From a candidate division WWE3 bacterium (GTDB lineage: Bacteria; Patescibacteriota; WWE3; JAPLWK01): a stretch of DNA of 64,000 bases. Numbering within the stretch: position 1 is the stretch's first letter; each line of letters opens with the position of its first letter. A program made the position numbers and the translations under genes. The notes below the pieces were generated by a model. The model was not told the DNA's origin. It did not search any database and saw nothing but the letters and a program-made list of their open reading frames with translations. The stretch is from NCBI GenBank assembly GCA_026396615.1, contig JAPLWK010000010.1, positions 48,348 to 112,347 on the forward strand, in the 5' to 3' direction. Below are positions 1 to 10,033 of the stretch, piece by piece.

Positions 1-270
1 GAACCTTTTGGGATTGTGCTTTTGGAAGCGATGGCCTTGGGATGTCCTATTATCGCGTCTAATACCGGAGGTGTTCCCGATCTGGTCAAAAATGATAAGA
101 CGGGAGTGCTTTTTAAGACCGGAGATGTTACCGAACTGTCGTCAAAGCTAGTTGAGCTTATTTATGATGAATTGGAAATGAATCGGTATATTCAAAACGG
201 TTTAACTTTTACTCAAGATTTTGCTTGGAATAAAGTGGCAACTAAATATTTGGAAATCTATGGAAAATAA
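1..270 (+). CDS. Glycosyltransferase family 1 (GT4-like), C-terminal fragment; the 5' end lies outside the window
   Basis: Frame is open from position 1: EPFGIVLLEAMALGCPIIASNTGGVPDLVKNDKTGVLF is the classic GT1 C-terminal E-x7-E nucleotide-sugar-binding motif. TAA stop at 268-270. Confidence 0.75.
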   Translation, partial: EPFGIVLLEAMALGCPIIASNTGGVPDLVKNDKTGVLFKTGDVTELSSKLVELIYDELEMNRYIQNGLTFTQDFAWNKVATKYLEIYGK

Positions 271-1411
271 AAATCATACACCGGTCATCTCCCATCTAAT
301 CTCCGAATTCATGCAAAGCAAGCAGTCTTTTACGTATCGTCAATTTATTAATCACACTAAATACAAAGTCGTGGCTTTAAGTCGGTTTTATTTCAAGGGA
401 TCACGCGAGATTTTTCCGGTCGATGAATTACATTTTTTAACCAGTATTGGTCATATTTATGATTTCTGCGGCCGTTATTTTCCGAAACTACTAGATTTGG
501 CTTTTGATCATTTTTTAAAGTACTGGGTGGTAATTCGCCACATCGAACTTCTCCATATTCATTTTGGCACTTTGGGGGCCAAACTGGCGCATCTGCGCGA
601 TCAACTCAAGATTCCCTTCGTCGTCAGTTTTTACGGTTCCGATACCACATCTTACCCACTAAAACCAGAATGGCAGCCGCTGTACAAAGAGATGTTTGCC
701 AATGTTGACTGTTTTTTGATGCTTTCGGAAATTCCCCGGCAGCAATTAATAGCCTTTGGGGCGCCGGCTGATAAATGCTTGATTCTTCCGCCATCGGTTG
801 ACCTCTCGCACTTCACTTACAAAGAACGAGTGCCTTCAGATGAGATCAAGTTTTTAATTACGGCTCGTTTCGTGGAAAAGAAAGGTCATTTTATTTTACT
901 GGAAGCTTTTAAGAACGTCGTTACCAGCGGACGCCTAGTCAAACTGATGATCATAGGGCACGGTGATCTTTATGGAAAAATTAAAGATAAAATAGCGGCC
1001 GAAAATTTAGGGGACTTTGTGGAGTTAATTGACGTCACGGGAATTACCGATTTCCACAGTTTTATTTTGCCAAAATATCACGAAGCCGATGTCTTCGTTC
1101 TACCGTCAATCGTTGCCGCCGACAACGACCAAGAGGGGACACCGCTTACAATTCTGGAAGCTTCAGCGACCGGTCTTCCCATTATTAGCACCAACGTTGC
1201 CGGTGTTCCTGAAGTCGTTCGGGATGGCATCACCGGTTTCGTGATTCCTCAAAAAGACGTCACCGCATTAACCGAAAAAATGAACGAGCTTTACGATCAA
1301 CCTGAGGTCAGACTAGCCATGGGTAAAGCGGGCCATCAGTTTATGGTCGATAATTTCTCGACGACCAGTTTGCCAGAGAGACTCGATAAAATTTACTCTC
1401 GTCTTTTATGA
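260..1411 (+). CDS. Glycosyltransferase family 1 (GT4-like)
   Basis: ATG at 260 overlaps the upstream stop. The C-terminal half has the GT1 motif (EGTPLTILEASATGLPIISTNVAGVPEVVRDGITGF). TGA stop overlaps the next start (ATGA). Confidence 0.8.
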   Translation: MENKNHTPVISHLISEFMQSKQSFTYRQFINHTKYKVVALSRFYFKGSREIFPVDELHFLTSIGHIYDFCGRYFPKLLDLAFDHFLKYWVVIRHIELLHIHFGTLGAKLAHLRDQLKIPFVVSFYGSDTTSYPLKPEWQPLYKEMFANVDCFLMLSEIPRQQLIAFGAPADKCLILPPSVDLSHFTYKERVPSDEIKFLITARFVEKKGHFILLEAFKNVVTSGRLVKLMIIGHGDLYGKIKDKIAAENLGDFVELIDVTGITDFHSFILPKYHEADVFVLPSIVAADNDQEGTPLTILEASATGLPIISTNVAGVPEVVRDGITGFVIPQKDVTALTEKMNELYDQPEVRLAMGKAGHQFMVDNFSTTSLPERLDKIYSRLL

Positions 1412-3015
1412 ACTTTTTTAAGAAAATTTCCGGAGAATCGTGGGCCGTGGCAGCCATTTTGGTAGCCTCTGCGGTGGTTCGGACCGTGTCTGCCTTTGTC
1501 GTATCGGGGGAGAGTGGGGGAGACTTTTACAACTACCTCTTAATGGGGAAGAGCCTCCTGGCGGGCGGCAGCATCTTCATCGAAAAGCGTTTACCGATTT
1601 ATGCTTTACTTCTCATTCCAGGGCATCTAGTAGGGCACCCACTGGGCTACGCGCGAGTTTTAGGGATCGTTCTGGCTATTTTAACCTTGTACTTTTTCTA
1701 CCGCTTGCTGAAGGATTTACGACTTCCCAGCATAGTTGTAGTAACGTCGTTAATCCTACTGAGCTTTCAACCCACCTTTTTCCTTTTTTCCATTCGGCCG
1801 CTTAGTCACACCCTATTTGATTTGGAAGTAATTATGAGCCTCTACCTTTTCGTCCATCTAACTACAGGCTTTGTTACTACCAAAAAAATCAATTATTTAT
1901 TGCTTGGTCTCTTTGGCCTAGTTTTGGGTATTATGTCAATGACTCGTCACGAAGGTTTCCTGGTCACCGCTGTTTTTCTAGTTTGTCTTTTTATTTTTTT
2001 CTTTTATCAGTATCGCCTTCGTGGTCTCCGAACCATTGCGTCGACCCTTTTCAAAGTTTTGACACTACCCGCATCAATTTTTATTTTGACGGTCTTACCG
2101 TGGTTTATTTCTAATTACCAGCGCTTCGGAAATTTTTTATACACTCAGTATCAGACCGATAACGGCCTTAATGTTGCGTATAATTTGACGTCGGTATTAG
2201 AGAACCTCAACAAAATGCGTCAGATTTTTATAGGGATCTGGAGTAGCTCGAGCATTTTACATTTAACCACAGAAATAATTCCAATTATTTTCATCTTAGT
2301 TTGGTTGACCTTCGGAATGCGACTCGTTAAGAAATCGATCGTCCTTGCAAGTGGGTTAATTATTTTAGGGGTACTCGCCTTTGTTTTTCGATGGCCGCTA
2401 AATTTAGGTTTTGTGGTCGCGGTACTAAGTATTGGATTGACGGCCATCGGTCTTTTTAGCTTGACGACAAAGATTAAATGGCAAATCGCACCGATTATAA
2501 TTATTTTCTTAACCCAGTTTGCTTTTTTGACTTTAGTGCAGCCTTGGTCACGTCACAGCCAACATCTGTTTTTTATCCCGATATTGCTTCTGTCTTTTGG
2601 ATTTTATAAACTAGTATCAACTTACCTAACTAAGGCGACAGCTGTTTGCTGTTTCATATTTGTTTTTCCAATAATACATTATTTTTTTCGGACAGATGTT
2701 CAGGTTGTAAAAGACTACAATACTTCTGGTCTTAAGAATCAACCGCTGTCGCAAACTTTAGTTGACTTTCAAAAATATCCTGATGGAGAGGTTCTAATTT
2801 CGACCGAGTTTAACGATAAGTTTAATAATGATTTGGCGATGGTTGAATATTATTTAGGATCTCGGATTACATACGACTGGAAAGTTTCGACCCGCTTCGT
2901 TTTAGACTATAATGATTCTACGGCATCGAGTCTTTTACCTAAAGAAACGTTAAGGCCGCTAGTACAAGAACAGACGGGCGATAATTGGGCTCAAATTTAT
3001 GAAGTCACTAAGTAA
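1408..3015 (+). CDS. Polytopic membrane protein, GT-C-like; paralog of 11135..12715
   Basis: More than 10 hydrophobic spans. The first loop is acidic (GESGGDFYNY) and a TRHEGFL motif is shared with the 11135 paralog (TRYEGFL). Confidence 0.5.
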   Translation: MNFFKKISGESWAVAAILVASAVVRTVSAFVVSGESGGDFYNYLLMGKSLLAGGSIFIEKRLPIYALLLIPGHLVGHPLGYARVLGIVLAILTLYFFYRLLKDLRLPSIVVVTSLILLSFQPTFFLFSIRPLSHTLFDLEVIMSLYLFVHLTTGFVTTKKINYLLLGLFGLVLGIMSMTRHEGFLVTAVFLVCLFIFFFYQYRLRGLRTIASTLFKVLTLPASIFILTVLPWFISNYQRFGNFLYTQYQTDNGLNVAYNLTSVLENLNKMRQIFIGIWSSSSILHLTTEIIPIIFILVWLTFGMRLVKKSIVLASGLIILGVLAFVFRWPLNLGFVVAVLSIGLTAIGLFSLTTKIKWQIAPIIIIFLTQFAFLTLVQPWSRHSQHLFFIPILLLSFGFYKLVSTYLTKATAVCCFIFVFPIIHYFFRTDVQVVKDYNTSGLKNQPLSQTLVDFQKYPDGEVLISTEFNDKFNNDLAMVEYYLGSRITYDWKVSTRFVLDYNDSTASSLLPKETLRPLVQEQTGDNWAQIYEVTK

Positions 3016-4513
3016 AAAACAGGAACTATTTTTAACGCTCATTGTCTTCGTGATCGCCGTCGCCATTGGCTTTTATCTTCGCTACGTGGCGGCAAGTACA
3101 CTGCCAATGATCAATGACGAAGGTTCTTACCTCTTCGATGCTTACCTTTTAGGTCAAGGTCATCTCCCCTTCCTGACATCCTTCTCGCGAGCGCCAGTCT
3201 TTATGATCCCACTGGCTTTATGGCTAAAGATTTTCGGCGTCAGTATTCTAAGCGGTCGTCTTTTTGCTGTGTTAGTAAGTTTGGGGTCTAGCGTAGTTTT
3301 ATATTTCTTAGGCAAAGAGTTAAAAGGTAAAGCTTTAGGAGTTGTGGCTTTTGTAATTTTTGCCACGATCTCGCCGGTTGCCATTCATGGAAGTTACGTG
3401 CTTACGGAAAATTTAGAAATATTTTTAGGACTACTGGGATCACTATTTTTAATTTACTCTCTTCGAACGCGGCCGTGGTTCCTATCGATTGCCTCTGGTG
3501 TTTGTTTTGGTTTAGCAATAGCGACTAGAGAAACGGCGGCGGTGTACCCATTATTTCTATGTATAGCAATCCTCGTTTTAAGATTTAGTAAACAAACGCT
3601 ACTGCGTTTAGCGCTTTGTGGGTTAGCCACCTTCGGAGTTTGGGCGGTAATGTGGGGTGGGATTGCCTCACAAGTGGGACTAGGCCATGTCGTAAAAAAT
3701 TTTCAAGCGATTTTAAAGATGCATAGTACTGGGGTTAAAGTTTCAACTGGCTTTGTAATTCGCGAGAAGCTGGGCGAAATCTGGTATCTAAAAATTGATT
3801 ATTTGATTTTTTACCTTTCTACTATTGCTTTTGCGATTTTGGCGGTCACTAAGAAGTGGTGGCGTAATAAGCAGATTTGGTTTCTACTAGCTATTGCTGG
3901 TGGTCCAATTCTATTCTACGGCGTTTATTACCAACGCATCCAGCCGGAATATTTCGCGAGCTTTATGCCTGGTTTTACTTTGATGATGGCGTATGTGGTT
4001 GTGGCTATTTATGAATGGCTAAAGACCCGGTCAGCATCTGTAGTAACATCGGTTGGCATCGCCGGCGTCATTATTTTCGGGATTACGAATCTACTTACTT
4101 TTACCTATCAACTTAAAAATAACCGCACTGGAACGTTTTATTTGCAGCCGATGGCAAATGTTGTCGCTTGGTTTCAAGTTAATACCCAGCCGACGGATGA
4201 GATTTTTACCGCGGCCGTCGGGATTCCTATGTTTAGCGGTCGCCACTTGGCACTAAATATTTCCCGGCCGGTAATCTATGGTTACCCGCACATTAAATCG
4301 GATATTAAATATGCCTTGTTCCCCACTCCACAGGCGATTATGGATTATTTAACGGTGAATCAAACTAAGTATTACATTGTGGAAAAAGCAACCAGAGATA
4401 GTTTTTACAACGGGCATTCAGAATTAAAGCAGTTTCTAGAAAGTAACTTTAAGCACTTAAAGACTTTTCCTAATCCTACTAATCCGATTGAAGTTTGGAT
4501 TCGGAACCCCTAA
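2999..4513 (+). CDS. ArnT/PMT-like (GT39/GT83-type) membrane glycosyltransferase-like protein
   Basis: Polytopic. DE motif in the first extracytoplasmic loop (PMINDEGSYLFDAY), typical of polyprenyl-phosphate-sugar-dependent GT-C enzymes. Confidence 0.55.
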   Translation: MKSLSKKQELFLTLIVFVIAVAIGFYLRYVAASTLPMINDEGSYLFDAYLLGQGHLPFLTSFSRAPVFMIPLALWLKIFGVSILSGRLFAVLVSLGSSVVLYFLGKELKGKALGVVAFVIFATISPVAIHGSYVLTENLEIFLGLLGSLFLIYSLRTRPWFLSIASGVCFGLAIATRETAAVYPLFLCIAILVLRFSKQTLLRLALCGLATFGVWAVMWGGIASQVGLGHVVKNFQAILKMHSTGVKVSTGFVIREKLGEIWYLKIDYLIFYLSTIAFAILAVTKKWWRNKQIWFLLAIAGGPILFYGVYYQRIQPEYFASFMPGFTLMMAYVVVAIYEWLKTRSASVVTSVGIAGVIIFGITNLLTFTYQLKNNRTGTFYLQPMANVVAWFQVNTQPTDEIFTAAVGIPMFSGRHLALNISRPVIYGYPHIKSDIKYALFPTPQAIMDYLTVNQTKYYIVEKATRDSFYNGHSELKQFLESNFKHLKTFPNPTNPIEVWIRNP

Positions 4514-4899
4514 GGGGCCCCTTTGGGGCGGTGCCTCTGTTTAAAAATAAAATAAGTTGCTCCAAATAAAGATCCCCAACCAATCAGCCACATAATCGCT
4601 GGTACCCCTTTAATTAGGAAAGTGTTTATTAGTCGTTGTATAAACAGGTGAGTATCGGGGTTAATTACAACTGTCTCGACTGTTTGTTTTAGCAGCGGTT
4701 CCATGATGTGCTTGTTGTATTCAAATTTTATAGCTAAAGTCGCAAAGCCAATCAGATAGACCGCGGCGATGCGCTTAAGCTTGAAAACCAAAACCCCTAG
4801 AGAAATAATTGCCCCAGCCACATAAACAAAAACCAGGCCATTGTGCGCAAAAAGCTGGAAGAATCCAATAATGACATTGTGTTTAAGGTCTTGGTACAT
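4510..4899 (-). CDS. Small (129 aa) membrane protein with 3-4 TM helices; possible GtrA/GtcA-like partner of the adjacent YfhO-like gene
   Basis: Hydrophobic helices, basic C-terminus. Sits immediately downstream of the YfhO-like gene on the same strand. No diagnostic motif recognised. Confidence 0.35.
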   Translation of the reverse strand: MYQDLKHNVIIGFFQLFAHNGLVFVYVAGAIISLGVLVFKLKRIAAVYLIGFATLAIKFEYNKHIMEPLLKQTVETVVINPDTHLFIQRLINTFLIKGVPAIMWLIGWGSLFGATYFIFKQRHRPKGAP

Positions 4900-7258
4900 G
4901 CCCTGATTTTATCATTAATGTGACCGTGGTGAACAAAAGCGCTAAAAATGAGATCACTAAACCATCGTAAATAAATGGATTCCAATATCTTATTACCAAA
5001 GTACCGGGTTGGTTTATCGTAACTGACATGAAAGCACCGTTTTGGGCAATTTTTATAGGCATATTATTAAGTGTGGCTTGGAAGTAAGGGCTGTAAGTCT
5101 TACTTATTAGAATTTGGCCTTTCCCAGTGGGAACTTTTAGGGTAGTAACAAGTGGTGAGCTTTTTGTAACTTGCGCTGTTTGGTAATTAGTTAAAGGCTC
5201 CTCATTTGGTACAAACGCGAATTCTGAAACAAACTTGGGATTTTTATAAATTTTAACCAAATGATCCCAAGGTATTAGGTTTGATTGATTAAAATAGACC
5301 GTGAGCTCCCGATGCTGATTTTCCACTAAGGTTTGAAAATTCCCAACATTGCCTTTGGCAAGTTCCTGGCACAAATTATTATCTTCATCTCGGCACTCAT
5401 TCGTAAAAGCAATCAGCGGGGCACCAATTAATGACCAACTCGGTTCGGAATTAAACTTATTTAAGCAATTTTCTAAAAGTGGGTTACAATTCAGGCTATT
5501 GTCTAAGGCATTTTGGGTGTCTGTCGTCCAACTAGCCCCAAAATAATAGGGGTCATCACCAAATATGGGGGTGTTATTTAAAAAAGTCGCGTACGGCGGG
5601 GCTACGGCGATCCAATTGCGATTATAATGTGGAAAATAGATCCGACCGCCTGTTTGATCTAGTAAACCTTTAATTTTTCCTAAGTACGAAAAATCGGCTA
5701 GTTCTTGTTTGTAGTTAAATAGTAAAAATCCAAAACTGTAACTTTTTGTTCCAAAGGTGGCCGGTCCCCACAGTATTTCCACGAAAACCAGCAGCGAAAT
5801 TGTTAAAGCGCAAAAATAAATTAATAACTTACCGTTTAGAAATCTTTTTAGAGTTCTAAAAACGGCCACAAATCCAACGATCCCAATAATTACTGGAATA
5901 ACGCGGAAAGCTAGGTTGATAACTCGGTTGACGTCAATAAGTCGACCAATAATATTTTCTTGGAAAAAGAAGGCTATGAGCCAAGCCACAACTGGGATAA
6001 GCGTTAATATCGGTTTTTTAGTTAGAATTAATTGGGCTCCTTTAACAATTAGAAAAACATTAGCAATTACCAGGAGCGCTAGGGTTGATGGGATAACGGT
6101 GAAGCGGTTAAAGATCGGTGCTGTAACAAGGAGGTTTGAAATGGGGCTGTCAACCGTCAGTATGATCCCAAGGATTAGTACTCCCAGAAAAGCTTTCTCG
6201 ATTGGCTCAATTGGCCTCTTTTTGACTATTTTGAAAGCTAGCCAGCTTAATCCAAAAAGTAGCAAGATAAAACCGATTAGCCCTGGAGTAAATATTCCCG
6301 TTAGCCTTTGGTCGGGAATGATTGGTAAGTAGTAAACGAGAAATTGTTTTAAAGTTAGATGATTTATCCGGCTTCCAATAACGGTGGAGGTGAGGCGACT
6401 TGAGCCGTTCACAGCCATTAGGCCTACCACTGGCAGTAATTTAACGGCGTAGATTAGCCCAGCCAAGATTCCGGAAAGCGCTAACCACCCTAAGTACTTG
6501 ATTTTGCTTTGAGTGGAGATTGTGTAAACAATAGCAAAAACTGCCAGGCCGATTAAGATGAAAAACGCAGTATTCGGGGAGCCTTCGAATAGAAAGGCTG
6601 TTGGAATAGCCAGAAGGCACAAGTATTTCTTCTCTTTTGTTTGAAAATAGGACCAGGTGAACAAGAAAATTAGTGGTAACCACTTCAACGAGAATAGGTA
6701 CTCAGTGCCGGCACCTTCTGATAGTCGATTAGTAACATAGCCATTGAACATGTAACAAATTCCGCCAATTGTTGCCAGCTCCTTTGATTTAAAAATTCTG
6801 TAAAATAAAAAGAAGGAAAAAAGTCCACAAAGAAATATTTCGATGACGAGTTTAATGTTAAATCCCAAATAGGCGTTATTTAGAAATCAAAGTAGAATTG
6901 TTGGAGAGAAGTATGGGGACAGAGGGTGGGCGAAAATATCAAAACCACCTTCAAAGAGGGTGTTCCAAATCGGAGGCTCTCGAAACTGCAAAATAGTCTT
7001 GCCGAAATATTGGAAGAACGGCAGATTTAAGTGATTGGCATCGGCTTGAGCAATGGCCATTCCGTTAAGAAGCAGCTTACGCATTAAAAAGCCTACTAAA
7101 CCTAAAAACCCTATAAAAATATACCAATTTTCGAAAATGTCTTTTTTGAATTCTTTTAAAATTAGCAGAAAATAAACTAATGGTGCTGTAATTATAAAAA
7201 TAATGAGGAGCCAGTTCCCAAAATCGTAAAAATTCATAGCCGTAATAATACTTGCCAA
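4883..7258 (-). pseudogene. YfhO-like GT-C membrane glycosyltransferase interrupted by an in-frame TGA at 6887-6889 (ORFs 6887..7258 and 4883..6868 share one frame)
   Basis: The upstream 123-aa piece carries the YfhO N-terminal motif (EPPIWNTLFEGGFDIFAHPLSPYFSP). The downstream 661-aa piece aligns colinearly with the intact paralog 32587..34620 across the stop (...SPTILL*FLNNAYLGFNIKLVIE). Confidence 0.6.
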
Positions 7259-7328
7259 GTTTAACCTTCTTGATATCAGCTCGCAACTATCGTTGTCACT
7301 CTGACCAAGAAGTTGTTAGAATGGTCAC

Positions 7329-8909
7329 GTGCCGAAGCTTAAAACGTCGAAATGGCCGTTATCCTTACTACTTGTTGGTTTGTTTGTGTTAACGGTAGCT
7401 ATCAGGATTCCAGTTTTACGATCGGTTGGGGAGACGTGGGACGAATACGCGGTGGTTTACTACGGCGAAACTTATTACTCAGCCTTTAAAAATCTTGATT
7501 TTAGCGTGAGCTCCTGGGAACAAAATTACGAACATCCGCCGGTGGCGAAGTATATTTATGGATTAAGTCGACAAGTTACAAAAAAGATTCCGTTTATCAA
7601 AGCTTTGGATAGTGAGTATCATAGCGATAAAGAATACACATTACCTAGGGTTGTGTCAGCGATCTTTGGTGGGCTTACGGTTGTTTTAGTCTTTTTGATA
7701 GGGTCAACTTTGTTTAATCGCAAGATTGGACTAGCGTCGTCGTTAATCCTAAGCGTTCTTCCTCATTTCATTGCGTACACTTCAATTGCATCACTGGAGT
7801 CTATCTTCATCTTTTTCACGACTTTCTTTATTTATTGCCTTATTAAAGCTTTGAAATCAAATAATTGGCGTTGGCATCTGGCCACCGTCATCGCCTTGAC
7901 GTTATCCTTCGCAACTCGTTTCAATGGCACTTTTTTTGTGGCCCTTTACGCTGTCATTATTGTTTTCTTCTATCGTCAGCAACTGCTAAAACTTAAGTTT
8001 AAAGAAATCCCATGGCCGGTTTTATTGTCTCCGATTATTTTCTTAGGTCTATTTTTTGCATTGTGGCCGTGGTTGTGGATCACACCATTTAACATTATTA
8101 AAACTTTTCAACATTCCTCTGGTGGGCATACCGGTGAGTATTTTTTGGGAAGTTTAGGCCAGCCTGGTTGGTATTACTACATTGTCTATTTCCTAGTAAC
8201 GACACCCGAAGTAATGTTAGTTTTATTTGGTATTTTTATATACACACTGATTAGGAAGTTGGCGAGTTGGAAGTTAGAGGTTGGAATTAGAAGTTGGAAA
8301 TATTTCCTACTACTCGCTTGGTTTCTGACGCCATTCCTGGCTTCGTTCGTGGCTTTTAAGCAAAACGGCATTCGTTACGCCGTTTATTTTATGCCAGCGC
8401 TAGCCTTGATGTCTGGAGTAGCTTTAATAAAACTGTTAGACGCCGTCAAAAAATCGATTTATAAAATTATGGTCGCTGTGATTGCGATGGTTGGCTTGTT
8501 ATATCCGGTTGTTTTGTTTTATCCTTACTATCTCGACTACTACAACTTGGCTTCCGGCGGCCCGAAAGCGGCTTATGAAAATCGATCCTTTGTTATCAGT
8601 TGGTGGGGAGAAGGAGGACTAGCCGCGGTAAGATATATTAATCAGAATGCGCCTCGTGGTGCCGTGGTTCGAACGCTTTTTACACCGGCTCACACTTTAA
8701 TTAAGTTTAGGGATGATTTAGCAATTCATAACGGTTACGATCCTTTAGGACATGACGATTATATATTGACTAATACTTATTACGATTGGTATGGAAATCC
8801 TAAGAATCTAGTAGACTTAAAGAACTATAAAGTAGTGTATGGGATGGCTACTCCCAATTGGTCGCTATTTTCGGCACCACTAGTTCGAGTTTATAAAAGA
8901 GTTATATGA
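7329..8909 (+). CDS. ArnT/PMT-like GT-C membrane glycosyltransferase-like protein
   Basis: GTG start. Polytopic. WDEY acidic motif in the first loop (SVGETWDEYAVVYYGETYY). Confidence 0.55.
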   Translation: MPKLKTSKWPLSLLLVGLFVLTVAIRIPVLRSVGETWDEYAVVYYGETYYSAFKNLDFSVSSWEQNYEHPPVAKYIYGLSRQVTKKIPFIKALDSEYHSDKEYTLPRVVSAIFGGLTVVLVFLIGSTLFNRKIGLASSLILSVLPHFIAYTSIASLESIFIFFTTFFIYCLIKALKSNNWRWHLATVIALTLSFATRFNGTFFVALYAVIIVFFYRQQLLKLKFKEIPWPVLLSPIIFLGLFFALWPWLWITPFNIIKTFQHSSGGHTGEYFLGSLGQPGWYYYIVYFLVTTPEVMLVLFGIFIYTLIRKLASWKLEVGIRSWKYFLLLAWFLTPFLASFVAFKQNGIRYAVYFMPALALMSGVALIKLLDAVKKSIYKIMVAVIAMVGLLYPVVLFYPYYLDYYNLASGGPKAAYENRSFVISWWGEGGLAAVRYINQNAPRGAVVRTLFTPAHTLIKFRDDLAIHNGYDPLGHDDYILTNTYYDWYGNPKNLVDLKNYKVVYGMATPNWSLFSAPLVRVYKRVI

Positions 8910-10033
8910 GAATCGCGATTTTTATTAAGAACACAATTTATCACGGAAAATACGGGGGACTAGAAACGCAAAATGAGAACTTGGTTCAGGGTTTGCGTGA
9001 GGCTGGTCATGACGTCATTGTCTTCGCACCGGCTTCAGAATTGTCAGTTTCTGGATACATATTCGTACCTAGGACAACACCTGGGAAGTACGACGAAGCG
9101 TGGTGGCAAAAGAGTTTAGCCGCTTTTGAATCACTTCATGCCGTCAAACCATTTGATATTGTTATTTCCCAAAGTGCAGCTGGGGCAGAAATTATTAAAA
9201 ATAAAGAGCGACTTCATGTTAAAACAATAGTCGTCGCGCATGGTACTATTTGGGGCGAGGTCAAAACCGTACTTAGAAAAACCAAATCTTTTAAAGATAT
9301 TTATTTTGCTTTTAAGGCAGTGGCGTTTGGATTGAAAACTTACTCTGGACTCGATAGGAAGTATTTATTAAGTGCTGACCATATCATCGCCGTTTCTCAA
9401 GCAGTTAAAAAAGCTTTGACTCAGGAGTTCCCGTTAAGAAACGATCACATAACCGTAATTTCTAATGGGATTGATATTTATAAATATATTATCGCTGATG
9501 AAACTAAAGTGCCAGTTAATTTTTTGTATTTAGGGCGTCTGGAGAAAGAAAAAGGGTTAGAATTACTACTCATGGCTTTTAAGAACGTCCTTGAAAAAGA
9601 GCCGACGGCAACTTTAACTATTGTTGGTAGCGGCCCTTTTAAACTGCAGGCTTCAGATTCAATCACTATCCTGGGTGCAGTTGACTACAAAGACGTGCCT
9701 CGGATTCTCGCTTCGGCTTCAGTTTTTGTACTACCGACTTTGCGTCACGAGGGGCTACCTATGACTTTAGTGGAAGCAGCGGCCTCTGGTCTTCCGCTGG
9801 TCGCTTCGGATATGGGAGGTATCAAAGAGATAGTCAGAGACGGAGTTAATGGCTTTCTGTTAAAATCTGGTGACGCTTCCGTGCTTTCGGAAACATTGGT
9901 TAAACTCGCAAAGGATCCAGAATTACGTCATACGCTGGGGCAGGCGTCACGCCAAATTGCCGAAGCCGAGTTTTCATTGGAAATAATGATTATAAACTAT
10001 ATAAAGGTTATAAAATTTATATGCGGATCCTAA
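8906..10033 (+). CDS. Glycosyltransferase family 1 (GT4-like)
   Basis: GT1 C-terminal motif (HEGLPMTLVEAAASGLPLVASDMGGIKEIVRDGVNGF). ATGA overlap with the upstream gene. Confidence 0.8.
   Translation: MRIAIFIKNTIYHGKYGGLETQNENLVQGLREAGHDVIVFAPASELSVSGYIFVPRTTPGKYDEAWWQKSLAAFESLHAVKPFDIVISQSAAGAEIIKNKERLHVKTIVVAHGTIWGEVKTVLRKTKSFKDIYFAFKAVAFGLKTYSGLDRKYLLSADHIIAVSQAVKKALTQEFPLRNDHITVISNGIDIYKYIIADETKVPVNFLYLGRLEKEKGLELLLMAFKNVLEKEPTATLTIVGSGPFKLQASDSITILGAVDYKDVPRILASASVFVLPTLRHEGLPMTLVEAAASGLPLVASDMGGIKEIVRDGVNGFLLKSGDASVLSETLVKLAKDPELRHTLGQASRQIAEAEFSLEIMIINYIKVIKFICGS

Noticed and set aside
1029-1805. Short ORFs nested in or antisense to larger genes (e.g. 1029..1244, 1440..1805, 2220..2447, 3160..3384, 5349..5546, 5916..6332, 14320..14541, 16297..16506, 20632..20826, 35108..35347, 45434..45761, 46495..46966, 51154..51336)
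   Set aside because: All overlap well-supported longer CDSs in other frames and show no recognisable motifs. Treated as spurious.
6887-6889. Possibility that the in-frame TGA in the YfhO-like gene reflects genome-wide UGA recoding (code 4 or 25)
   Set aside because: TGA clearly terminates several well-conserved genes at normal lengths (rsmG at 52300, the GT1 at 1411, the gene ending at 8909). The standard code 11 therefore applies and the internal TGA is local.
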